A stretch of 29,174 nucleotides of DNA, taken from IMG/VR virus record IMGVR_UViG_3300033067_000671, positions 1-29,174 of that record, one strand, 5' to 3'. Shown piece after piece: positions 19,342 to 26,745 of the stretch; positions within the stretch are counted from its first letter, which is position 1, and each line of letters starts with the position of its first letter. The notes beneath the pieces are model-generated. The model was not told where the DNA came from, did no database searches, and saw only the letters and a list, made by a program, of their open reading frames with translations. This stretch comes from a virus. Its lineage: Duplodnaviria; Caudoviricetes. The position numbers and the translations under genes are program-made.

Positions 19342-19426
19342 CAAGTCTAAAGACAAAGTGACATACAAACACGATTGCTCCAGAAATTCCAAGAATCCAT
19401 AGTTTAGCTTCAATAAAGTCGTTCAT
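19298..19426 (-). CDS. 42-aa single-TM membrane protein (not in ORF track), possible superinfection-exclusion moron
   Basis: Manual translation MNDFIEAKLWILGISGAIVFVCHFVFRLVTGNSLEEQEQNDK; GGAGGCGGGG upstream of ATG. Confidence 0.5.
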   Translation of the reverse strand: MNDFIEAKLWILGISGAIVFVCHFVFRLVTGNSLEEQEQNDK

Positions 19427-19431
19427 TTAAC

Positions 19432-19458
19432 CCCGCCTCCGTGCGGGTCTTTGTTTAT
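19432..19458 (+). terminator. Putative terminator
   Basis: CCCGC-CTCCGT-GCGGG followed by TCTTTGTTT. Confidence 0.5.
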
Positions 19459-19478
19459 CTCTTAATGGAGTTTACCTC

Positions 19479-20888
19479 ATGGCCGGTCTTGCATGCCTAC
19501 GACAGCAGTATTTAGCCAGTACCGTATCGTTTCTCGCTGGCGGGAAACTTTACTCTTATGCCGCCGGGACTACAACCCCGCTGGCAACCTATACCGATTC
19601 GACAGGGGTAACGCCTAACGCCAATCCTCAAATACTTGACGCATACGGCGCGGCAAACACTTGGCTAACGCCCGGAGTTGGCTACAAGTTTGTGATGAAA
19701 GACGCCACAGATCAAACGCTATGGACAATCGACAACATCAAGATTGTTGATCCTGACCTAGACGGGACGGACGGGGCTGGCAATGTTGGTTACGACGCAT
19801 CTTTGACCTACCCGGCTGATAGCGTGGGCGAAGCCCTGCAAAACGCATCAAGATACGAGTTTCGAGACATTGGGGCAGGCGCTACCGGAACTCTGACAGT
19901 TCCGGCTTGGGCCAAGCTGATGATTATGTACATGACTGGCGCAGGCGGTGGCGGTGGTGGTGGAAACGATCACTATGCAGGCGGAGGCGGCGGTAGCGGG
20001 AATCATGCGATGTGGGCTTTCACAGGCGATACGCTGGCCGGGAAAGTGCTAACTTACTCTTGCGGAACAGCAGGCGCTCCGGGTGCCTACAATGCAACGA
20101 CCGGCACCAACGGCGGTCAAGGAACGCAGACAAGCATGGTGTGGCCGAACGCTTGGACGCAAATTGCAGGTGGCGGCGAAGGCGGTATTGGCGGCACCGG
20201 AACGCCTACGTCTGGATATATTTCAGGGCAAGGTGGGCGCGGGGGGAATACGGCTGAGACCGGCTCAGTCCCTGCTGGCATCTCCTACGGTCAATTTAAC
20301 CTATCATCGGCGATTGGGCAATCGGCACAAATCAGGAAGTTTTCTGGCACATGGACGCCAGTTCTTACTTTTACGACGCCGGGCGATGTTGCTGTCACTT
20401 ACGCAACGCAGCTAGGCACCTACGAAATAGACGGAGATATTCTCACAGCTTGGTTTCAAGTGCAGACAAGCTCTTTTACATTCACGACTGCTTCAGGGAA
20501 TATGATTTTATCCGGCCTCCCTATTGCTCCCACCGGATCAAATCGCAACCAAGGCCCGCTGGTATTCTCGGGGATCAACAAGGCCAGTTACACACAAGTA
20601 CAGACAGATATCAATGCCACATCTACTGACATAGGTTTTTTTGCGTCAGGCATGGGTCAGGTCATCTCCTCTATCACTCCCGGCGGCGGAGTAACGTCTG
20701 CCACAAACGTAAGCCTACGCGGCTCGGTGTCTTACCAAGTGGCTGGCGGTAGCGGATCAGTAGGCGGGTGGGGTGCGAAGCAAGGCGATATCGGCGGCGG
20801 CGGAAAAGGAGGCAATCCGGGCGCTGGAGGCGGTACTGGTACTGACGAGGCTCAGGGCGGCTACATCCATATAGAGTTCTACGGATAA
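19479..20888 (+). CDS. Tail fibre/spike with head-binding-type N-terminus and glycine-rich domain
   Basis: LAGGKLY.Y.AGTTTP..TY.D..G...NANP..LD..G.A..WL N-terminus; GGGGGG-rich region; GTWTP..SGLP module. Confidence 0.8.
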   Translation: MAGLACLRQQYLASTVSFLAGGKLYSYAAGTTTPLATYTDSTGVTPNANPQILDAYGAANTWLTPGVGYKFVMKDATDQTLWTIDNIKIVDPDLDGTDGAGNVGYDASLTYPADSVGEALQNASRYEFRDIGAGATGTLTVPAWAKLMIMYMTGAGGGGGGGNDHYAGGGGGSGNHAMWAFTGDTLAGKVLTYSCGTAGAPGAYNATTGTNGGQGTQTSMVWPNAWTQIAGGGEGGIGGTGTPTSGYISGQGGRGGNTAETGSVPAGISYGQFNLSSAIGQSAQIRKFSGTWTPVLTFTTPGDVAVTYATQLGTYEIDGDILTAWFQVQTSSFTFTTASGNMILSGLPIAPTGSNRNQGPLVFSGINKASYTQVQTDINATSTDIGFFASGMGQVISSITPGGGVTSATNVSLRGSVSYQVAGGSGSVGGWGAKQGDIGGGGKGGNPGAGGGTGTDEAQGGYIHIEFYG

Positions 20889-20895
20889 CAAATCT

Positions 20896-21411
20896 ATGGA
20901 CTGGAAATCACTTGTAAAAACGGTCGCCCCGTGGATAGGGACGGCGCTTGGCTCACCGCTTGGAGGTATGGCGGTGAGTGCTATTTGTGACGCGCTAGGG
21001 ATTGACGACAAGACAGAAGAGGGCGTGCGCGCTGCGCTCAGTGGCGCAACACCCGATCAGCTTTTAGCGCTTAAAAAAGCAGATCAGGACTTTGCGCTAC
21101 GCATGCAAGAACTAGGCTTTGCCAATCAGGAAAAACTAGCGTCTCTCGACGTCGAAAACACAAAAGACGCTCGCGGCATGCAGATTGCAACGCAAAGCAA
21201 GATACCCGGCACGCTGGCCATACTCATCACCATCGGTTTTTTTGGCATCCTGATCGGCATGCTGGGCGGCTGGCTCAAGGCGTCAGACAATCAGGCGCTA
21301 CTTATCATGCTGGGTGCCTTGGGTGCGGCATGGGGTGCCGTGGTGAATTATTACTACGGCTCAAGCGCAGGGAGCGATGCCAAGACTAGGATTCTGGCTG
21401 GGAAATCCTGA
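20896..21411 (+). CDS. Holin-like protein (GTA 3TM holin type)
   Basis: APWIGTALGSPLGG, DAR.MQ, two C-terminal TM segments, YYYGSS.GS..K. Confidence 0.75.
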   Translation: MDWKSLVKTVAPWIGTALGSPLGGMAVSAICDALGIDDKTEEGVRAALSGATPDQLLALKKADQDFALRMQELGFANQEKLASLDVENTKDARGMQIATQSKIPGTLAILITIGFFGILIGMLGGWLKASDNQALLIMLGALGAAWGAVVNYYYGSSAGSDAKTRILAGKS

Positions 21412-21415
21412 TGTA

Positions 21416-21718
21416 CTAACCCCCCGCCGTTTTAGTTTTGTTGGTTTTCTGTTTTTTAACCAATTTGACGGATTGTTTTTGCTCGGAAAACTCGACGCCA
21501 AGGTGTTCAGCGAGTAGGCTTACAGCGTCACTCAGCTCGACAGACGGCCACTGAATTCCGCAGCCAAAGTAGACTGGCGGGAATTTATCGACGTAAATCT
21601 TAAACCTCTCTTCAGTGCGTATTTTTTGCTTTCTTCCCTCATGCTCAAGCTCCGAAACCATCTTCTCAAGCTCCGAAACCCTCTTCTCAAGCTGTTCTAT
21701 TCGTTTATTCCCAAACAT
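21416..21718 (-). CDS. Hypothetical protein with heptad repeat
   Basis: GAGGG RBS; last gene of convergent operon. Confidence 0.6.
   Translation of the reverse strand: MFGNKRIEQLEKRVSELEKMVSELEHEGRKQKIRTEERFKIYVDKFPPVYFGCGIQWPSVELSDAVSLLAEHLGVEFSEQKQSVKLVKKQKTNKTKTAGG
21644..21693. repeat. 21-bp coding tandem repeat CTCAAGCTCCGAAACC(A/C)TCTT, about 2.4 copies
   Basis: Directly visible; encodes LEKRVSELEKMVSELE. Confidence 0.85.
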
Positions 21719-21740
21719 TTTTGCCCTCGCGTTTAAAAAA

Positions 21741-22166
21741 TTAAGGATTCACTACCTCATAAAAATGCTTTTGAAACATGATATGCCACCTATCTTTTGG
21801 GGCTGCCCACTCATAAAGCCCTGACTTTTTATTGAGCAATACCACATAATCGCCGTCCGAAAACTCAAGCCGCGCATGATCTCTAGCAGCTTCCGGCGAA
21901 ACAAAACCAGAAACGTGGTGTACGCGGGTCTTTTCTGACTCGTCTTTTTTTATTATGCCGCGTTCAATGATCTTTTCCTTGGCATTCCAAAGGGCGTCAT
22001 ACGCCTCATCAGATTCTGATAGCTTTGCCAATTCGTTCAAAAGGCTTGCGCATTCAAATCTTTCTCTTTCGGCACCTATTTTCATCCATGTTTTTTCGCT
22101 ATCAGAATAGCGAAACGCTCCTGTATCTTCTTTGCTTAAGAAAATTTTTTTAAGCCATCGGATCAT
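21741..22166 (-). CDS. Hypothetical phage protein
   Basis: ATG 1 nt after upstream stop; ER.ECA..L...A...I..RG motif. Confidence 0.6.
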   Translation of the reverse strand: MIRWLKKIFLSKEDTGAFRYSDSEKTWMKIGAERERFECASLLNELAKLSESDEAYDALWNAKEKIIERGIIKKDESEKTRVHHVSGFVSPEAARDHARLEFSDGDYVVLLNKKSGLYEWAAPKDRWHIMFQKHFYEVVNP

Positions 22167-22167
22167 G

Positions 22168-22476
22168 TCAGCATCTTTCAATGCTAGGAGTTACTGTAAA
22201 TACCCTCTCGCCAGACTCGGCAAGCACTGCAATTCTCATCGGATGGCATATAGTTGCCTCAAGTCTCGGCAGGTAATCTAACTCAAAAATAAGGATTTCC
22301 TCACCGCCTGAAGTGCCGCCTACTTTACCGGCAATGATCGGATATTCGGAACCATCCGAATGCTGAATTGCCGTGCTGTAAAGATATTTACCTTTTCCTA
22401 GCAAGACTTCCTTTGCTGCTTCAAAACATTTCTTGCAGTAGATGTACTCTGTAACAAAAGATCCTCTCTCACTCAT
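22168..22476 (-). CDS. Hypothetical protein (CxxC)
   Basis: Overlaps upstream stop; operon packing. Confidence 0.6.
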   Translation of the reverse strand: MSERGSFVTEYIYCKKCFEAAKEVLLGKGKYLYSTAIQHSDGSEYPIIAGKVGGTSGGEEILIFELDYLPRLEATICHPMRIAVLAESGERVFTVTPSIERC

Positions 22477-22906
22477 GTTTCACCATTTTCTCGCGTTTAA
22501 ATGAGTTTTTGCAATAGGCTGGCAATAGCCCTCTGTATCGCATCAGCGACTTTTTATCTGGCGCAACAGATGCACCATCATTGCCAGAACACTCGGTAAT
22601 CAACGCGTCAAGCGCTAACGTCATTTCCCTTAGAGAAAGTTCTAATATTTCCACATCGTTTGTTTTTTTCACTTTCCCACTAAAATCTATCTCTCTGTAG
22701 AGCATCGCGTCGGCACACAATTCAGGGAGCTGCTCAAGCAACAAAGCTATCCATTCTCTGTAAAAGCGCGATCCATGAATCTCGGCATAGCCGGACGGCC
22801 ACTGCACAAGCGCACAGTTTGGGTCATCCCACTCGCGGTTCCAACGCGCCTTATGCATAACTATTTTATCAACAGGAGATTGGGCGTCTAGCGCCTTCTT
22901 ACTCAC
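22469..22906 (-). CDS. Hypothetical protein
   Basis: GTGA coupling, GGGAGG RBS. Confidence 0.6.
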   Translation of the reverse strand: MSKKALDAQSPVDKIVMHKARWNREWDDPNCALVQWPSGYAEIHGSRFYREWIALLLEQLPELCADAMLYREIDFSGKVKKTNDVEILELSLREMTLALDALITECSGNDGASVAPDKKSLMRYRGLLPAYCKNSFKREKMVKHE

Positions 22907-23109
22907 ACTTCACCCTCCCCGGAAAGTTTTTGTGCAGCAGCAAATAAAAGCCCGTCGACGATATTTTCGTTCATTTCCTCTATTTCTGTTTTGCACGCAT
23001 CCATTACCTTTTTGCCAAAAAGAAAGAACCTTTCTTCTTCGTCCAAATCAATTGAGCCATAGTTTTGGCAAAAATGCTCTGCCAAAAGGAACAGCTTGTC
23101 GTTTGTCAT
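22903..23109 (-). CDS. Hypothetical acidic protein
   Basis: ATGA coupling. Confidence 0.55.
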   Translation of the reverse strand: MTNDKLFLLAEHFCQNYGSIDLDEEERFFLFGKKVMDACKTEIEEMNENIVDGLLFAAAQKLSGEGEV

Positions 23110-23351
23110 CCCATGACCCTCTGAAAAGTATCAACCACCTTCCCGCCGCCTTTGCTCAAAACCCAATCCAGAGAATATTTGTCAATATCAGTCTTAACCC
23201 CGTTATCGTAAACGGCAACGGCTTGATTCTGTTTTATTCCGCTAGGGAATAATATAGTCACATATTCAATTGTTTTTATATGTGGCGGGTTACAGTCGGG
23301 AGTGCCTTTTTCATACCAAGCCCAGTATAGTTTTTTATCTACCCAAGTCAT
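23106..23351 (-). CDS. Hypothetical protein
   Basis: ATGA-coupled to Q-like gene, AAGGGG RBS. Confidence 0.55.
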   Translation of the reverse strand: MTWVDKKLYWAWYEKGTPDCNPPHIKTIEYVTILFPSGIKQNQAVAVYDNGVKTDIDKYSLDWVLSKGGGKVVDTFQRVMG

Positions 23352-23716
23352 GACAGCCCCTTCGATTGCGCGTCTCGCCAATACTTCTTTACGGCCTCTT
23401 GGTACATTTCTATTTTTTCCTGATCCGTCCTCACCCGGCCAAAGCGAAAAACGCTATGCAGGTGGATGTGCTGGATGATCGCACCCTGCATGGGCGGCAG
23501 GTCTTGGATCACTTGCCAGCTTATCCTCGCGGCCTCAGAATCAGCATCGTCACACATGATCTCAAAGTAGTCCTCGCCTACTACTTTGGCTGTTTGTAGC
23601 CCAGCGCTCTTCGATGGGTAGCCTAGCCTTGTGTCTGACGAACGCATCCATCTAGCCCAATTGTTTAAATGCCACTCTGCAATTCTTGGGGTGTCTGCAA
23701 TGATTGTAAAATCCAT
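23348..23716 (-). CDS. Antitermination protein Q-like late regulator
   Basis: L.NWARWM...LGYP.KS, I.DLP..Q...I pattern; AAGGG RBS. Confidence 0.6.
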   Translation of the reverse strand: MDFTIIADTPRIAEWHLNNWARWMRSSDTRLGYPSKSAGLQTAKVVGEDYFEIMCDDADSEAARISWQVIQDLPPMQGAIIQHIHLHSVFRFGRVRTDQEKIEMYQEAVKKYWRDAQSKGLS

Positions 23717-23731
23717 TTTTACCCTTTTAGG

Positions 23732-23884
23732 TTATGGCACCAGCCCAAGAATAGGGGATTTGCTTGCATCCTTGATTGTCAGAGCTTGGCCTCGTGGCGC
23801 ATCGGTGAAGGATATGTGCGCATAGCCAGACCGGCACCCGGCAGCGGCTAGGCGGTACTGAGGCGGGATAAGATCGGCAATCAT
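23732..23884 (-). pseudogene. Possible truncated Rz/i-spanin remnant (50-aa ORF)
   Basis: ATGA-coupled to endolysin; begins MIADLIPPQYRLAAAG like spanin N-termini but lacks the full TM and coiled coil. Confidence 0.35.
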
Positions 23885-24411
23885 GCCAGTGCCGCCTTGA
23901 TCTTGGTGTAGCGTTCTCGACGCTGCACAGCCTCCAGCATGCCGGGGCCGTTTATTCGTCGCGTAATGCGCTCAAACAGCCCTGCGTCGGCCAGCTCGTT
24001 CAAGCCGTTCGACTGCCAGAACCACGCAGCCGACATAGCAGCATGGTCGGGGCGCCCCAACAATTCTGGGCTGGATAACAGATCAAGCCCGAGAGCCTTT
24101 CCGCACAGATCGTAATTGCGCCGGCCAGTGACTTGGATCAGCCCTCGCCCACAGAACCGCCGCCCGTCACCCGGCTGAGTATTCCCAAGGCTGGCGCTCC
24201 CCTCGTACTTAACCTGCCACTTAGTCGGCCCCCAAATCTCGCGGACGTAGGCAAGGCGTCCAGATTCAACCATGATCTGTGCCAGAAATGCCGATATCCT
24301 GTCAGGAGTGTTGATTTCAAAGCGATCCATCGCAGCGCTTAGCGGCGCAGCCCACTTCGCGGCTCTTGTAGCTCCGCACCCGGTCAGTCTGTCCAGCTCT
24401 TCGGCAGTCAT
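23881..24411 (-). CDS. Glycoside hydrolase family 19 endolysin
   Basis: R.SAFLAQ..ESG, LGNTQPGDG.RF.GRGLIQVTGR.NY, SAAWFW, ITRRING. Confidence 0.93.
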   Translation of the reverse strand: MTAEELDRLTGCGATRAAKWAAPLSAAMDRFEINTPDRISAFLAQIMVESGRLAYVREIWGPTKWQVKYEGSASLGNTQPGDGRRFCGRGLIQVTGRRNYDLCGKALGLDLLSSPELLGRPDHAAMSAAWFWQSNGLNELADAGLFERITRRINGPGMLEAVQRRERYTKIKAALA

Positions 24412-24491
24412 TGAATATCCTCTGGTAGATTCGACCGCAAGTATTTGCTGGCTGTCATCTCGGCAAGAGTGAAATTTTCGGTTAGTCGCAT
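24408..24491 (-). pseudogene. 27-aa remnant resembling a peptidase M15A endolysin N-terminus
   Basis: Manual translation MRLTENFTLAEMTASKYLRSNLPEDIQ; stop overlaps the GH19 ATG. Confidence 0.4.
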
Positions 24492-24541
24492 CGTTCCCGC
24501 CGATAGGTTAGGCTTTGATTTTATCACTTTACCAAAGTCTA

Positions 24542-25117
24542 TTACCTTGATTTCCTAAGTTTTTTTATGATTCTAGCCTTCTTCAAAAAAATACCGTGAA
24601 GCCTTAAAAGGTATTCCCTTGTCCATTTTATGGAACCATTGTTATTCAGTATCGCATCGACCCTATCCCTTCCAATCTTTGCAACCAAAGCAGCTTCATA
24701 GGCTTCACGGTTTGACCCTTTCCACTTGTTGCAATACTTGCATTGCTTCCAAATGTTGAGCGTGTAGTAACGCAAGTGATCTGCCGCCGCCCGGCTTCTG
24801 AAGTGGCCGGCATCATACGATCCGCCAACTCTTTGCGCAAACTCACCGCCACAAGATATGCAAGGCTTGTCCGCATCCCTCAGCCTTATATAAGCATGAC
24901 ACGACCTCTCGACAAACTTTTTAAGCTGCGGGATTGTCTTCATCGCATCAAGTTTTTCTTTGCACTCCTTGCGCTCCTCCCTCTCCTGCTTTGCGCGCTC
25001 TTTGTCTCCCTTGCTTTGTCCGTAGGCAATGGCGCAGGCCATGCTGCATGCGGTTTGCATTGGCCGGATCGGGCTAAATGGCACCTTGCATATCCGACAC
25101 CTCTTTTGCTTCGTCAT
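24542..25117 (-). CDS. ninG: NinG/Rap-family recombination endonuclease
   Basis: CRICK..F.P...Q..CS..CA, YIRLRD...PCISCG, DAGHFRSR....LRY...NI.KQC..CN. Confidence 0.9.
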   Translation of the reverse strand: MTKQKRCRICKVPFSPIRPMQTACSMACAIAYGQSKGDKERAKQEREERKECKEKLDAMKTIPQLKKFVERSCHAYIRLRDADKPCISCGGEFAQRVGGSYDAGHFRSRAAADHLRYYTLNIWKQCKYCNKWKGSNREAYEAALVAKIGRDRVDAILNNNGSIKWTREYLLRLHGIFLKKARIIKKLRKSR

Positions 25118-25163
25118 ACGGGCTTACCCTAATAAAATGTCGCAAAACTCGCCTTGCAGTGTT

Positions 25164-25199
25164 GTTATTGGACACTTTGGGGTCTACTTCTCGTTATGC
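25164..25199 (+). other. attI-like left junction of cassette array
   Basis: R box GTTATGC (25193-25199); GTTATGCGTCA matches 9/11 the complement of attC1 R'' flank; preceded by GGTCTAC + 5 nt and an upstream GTTATTG direct repeat; no attC stem. Confidence 0.45.
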
Positions 25200-25200
25200 G

Positions 25201-25410
25201 TCAAGGTTGTTCTGGTAAATACGCCCAGTGCGTAATGTCCATATCGTCCGCATCACCCATTGGCAAAATCCACTTCCCCGGCGACGATTTGCCTCCGATG
25301 GTGTGCCGCCACGCGTTCCAGCCGACGTGCTCTTCTCCGTATTTCGCGTCAAAAATTAAAACGCGCTCATTGTCTTCGGGGTAACGCTGAGTAGTTGAAA
25401 CCCATTCCAT
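25201..25410 (-). CDS. DUF551-family protein (cassette 1)
   Basis: MEWVS...R.PED..RVL ... ITHWAYLPEQP; GGAG RBS just inside R''. Confidence 0.85.
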   Translation of the reverse strand: MEWVSTTQRYPEDNERVLIFDAKYGEEHVGWNAWRHTIGGKSSPGKWILPMGDADDMDITHWAYLPEQP

Positions 25411-25428
25411 GCTTATCTCCAAAATTAC

Positions 25429-25507
25429 GCCTAACAATTCGGTCAAACGGACGCCCCTTGCGGGGTTCGTTCGCTACGCTCACCGCCGCTTACCTCAAGC
25501 GTTAGAA
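25429..25507 (+). repeat. attC site 1 (79 bp)
   Basis: GCCTAAC-AATTC-GGT[C]AAAC...GCTTACC-TCAAGC-GTTAGAA. Confidence 0.93.
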
Positions 25508-25689
25508 GGCGGCGGCGGCATGGGCATCCAGTGCGTGACGTGAAATTCCTCTTTCATCACATCGCGGCACCATTTCTTGCCTGTCCAAAATGCCGTGATC
25601 GGCCACGGCACATCAGGCCGACCAACGATGCACGACTCATACTCTTGCGGCATCCGCTCGGTGCAGGCAACCCAATTCATTTCCATCAC
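25495..25689 (-). CDS. DUF551-family protein (cassette 2)
   Basis: NWVACTERMP ... VTHWMPMPPPP; stop lies inside attC1. Confidence 0.88.
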   Translation of the reverse strand: MMEMNWVACTERMPQEYESCIVGRPDVPWPITAFWTGKKWCRDVMKEEFHVTHWMPMPPPPSNA

Positions 25690-26144
25690 GAACCCCCTTC
25701 TAACACGTCATTCGAGAGGGACGCTTCGCCTAACGGCTTCGCGCCCCTCAATTCGGCGTTAGATGCCACACTCTTTTGTCGCGCCCGGTATTCCTTCGCG
25801 TACTCGCGCATGTGATCGCGGTTCTTTGCGCGCCATGCCGCATTCTGCTTTTCCTTCCGTCGCGCCCGATCAATCAGCAGCCCAAGCACTGCGTGGAATT
25901 GATCTTTTGAGAAACCCAGCGCCTGCGCATCCTCCACGGCTCGAAAGTACATCGCCAGCGCCTCTGGCGATTTACGGGCGACACAAGAGCCAAGCCCCTT
26001 CCCCAATTTCTCACGCGGGGCGTTCCGAAAATACGCGGCACCGATGTCCAGCAACTTTTGACGCGGCGTCTTTTCACGCACGCGCACAGGCTTTACCGGC
26101 TTCGCCACTTTTGCCTTCTGCAACTGCTCCAAAATCGTCAGCAT
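25686..26144 (-). CDS. Basic hypothetical protein (cassette 3), reads through attC2
   Basis: GGGGGA RBS before ATG 26144; WRAKNRDHMREYAKEYR basic helix. Confidence 0.7.
   Translation of the reverse strand: MLTILEQLQKAKVAKPVKPVRVREKTPRQKLLDIGAAYFRNAPREKLGKGLGSCVARKSPEALAMYFRAVEDAQALGFSKDQFHAVLGLLIDRARRKEKQNAAWRAKNRDHMREYAKEYRARQKSVASNAELRGAKPLGEASLSNDVLEGGS
25698..25764 (+). repeat. attC site 2 (67 bp)
   Basis: TTCTAAC-ACGTC-ATT[C]GAGA...CCTCAAT-TCGGC-GTTAGAT. Confidence 0.93.
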
Positions 26145-26157
26145 TTGTTCCCCCGGC

Positions 26158-26213
26158 ATCTAACCTGTCATTCCAGCGAACGCCTATCGGCGTCGCTGAA
26201 TTTATCGTTAGGC
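26158..26213 (+). repeat. attC site 3 (56 bp)
   Basis: ATCTAAC-CTGTC-ATT[C]CAGC...GCTGAAT-TTATC-GTTAGGC; perfect L pairing. Confidence 0.95.
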
Positions 26214-26461
26214 GGCAAATCGGGGAAAGGCCGCGTAAATGAGAACCCTAGTTCTCTGCATTTTCTACGTCCTGCTTCAAAAACGCCTCGTGAAAAGCTG
26301 CTCTTATACGGGTTTCCAGAGATGCCGCGCGCTTCTGCCTCCCATCCCATGCGGAACGATGACGGGCTTCCCCAGCACAGCCGCGCCAGAGTGGCCCACT
26401 GGCCAACATTCATATCAAGCATCTCGTTGTATCCACCATGCGGGCATTCGCTTGGGTGCAT
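26168..26461 (-). CDS. Hypothetical protein (cassette 4)
   Basis: AAGGAG RBS; GW.A...G...NPY......F.AG motif; ends inside attC3. Confidence 0.7.
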   Translation of the reverse strand: MHPSECPHGGYNEMLDMNVGQWATLARLCWGSPSSFRMGWEAEARGISGNPYKSSFSRGVFEAGRRKCRELGFSFTRPFPDLPPNDKFSDADRRSLE

Positions 26462-26477
26462 AATTTCTCCTTGTTAC

Positions 26478-26544
26478 GCCTAACAGTTCATTGCACCGGA
26501 CCTGCGCAAAAATCCGCGCAGGCCGTTGAATTCAGGCGTTATGC
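26478..26544 (+). repeat. attC site 4 (67 bp)
   Basis: GCCTAAC-AGTTC-ATT[G]CACC...GTTGAAT-TCAGGC-GTTATGC. Confidence 0.93.
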
Positions 26545-26745
26545 CGCACCCGTCTGATCCATCATCACCGTGCGGGCCAGTGCCTCGCACGTTGGGCAGG
26601 TGTTAAACGGTGTCTGTGGCGGTGGCGCTGCCTGATCCATCGCCAAGTAAATGCGCTCCAGCAAGCTGGAAGAAAGAACGAAGTCGCCTTTCGCCAGCAT
26701 CACGTCATGCGCAGCGCCGATCATTTCTCGGGTCACAATCGTCAC
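26539..26745 (-). CDS. Hypothetical protein (cassette 5, gene 2)
   Basis: AAGGAG RBS, GTGA coupling; stop TAA is within R' of attC4. Confidence 0.7.
   Translation of the reverse strand: MTIVTREMIGAAHDVMLAKGDFVLSSSLLERIYLAMDQAAPPPQTPFNTCPTCEALARTVMMDQTGAA

Noticed and set aside
19479-21411. Diversity-generating retroelement targeting the tail fibre
   Set aside because: No reverse transcriptase and no adenine-variant TR/VR repeat pair seen in the window
25127-25199. CCCTAAT...GTTATGC as an eleventh attC
   Set aside because: No L''/L' complementarity; treated as an attI-like junction instead
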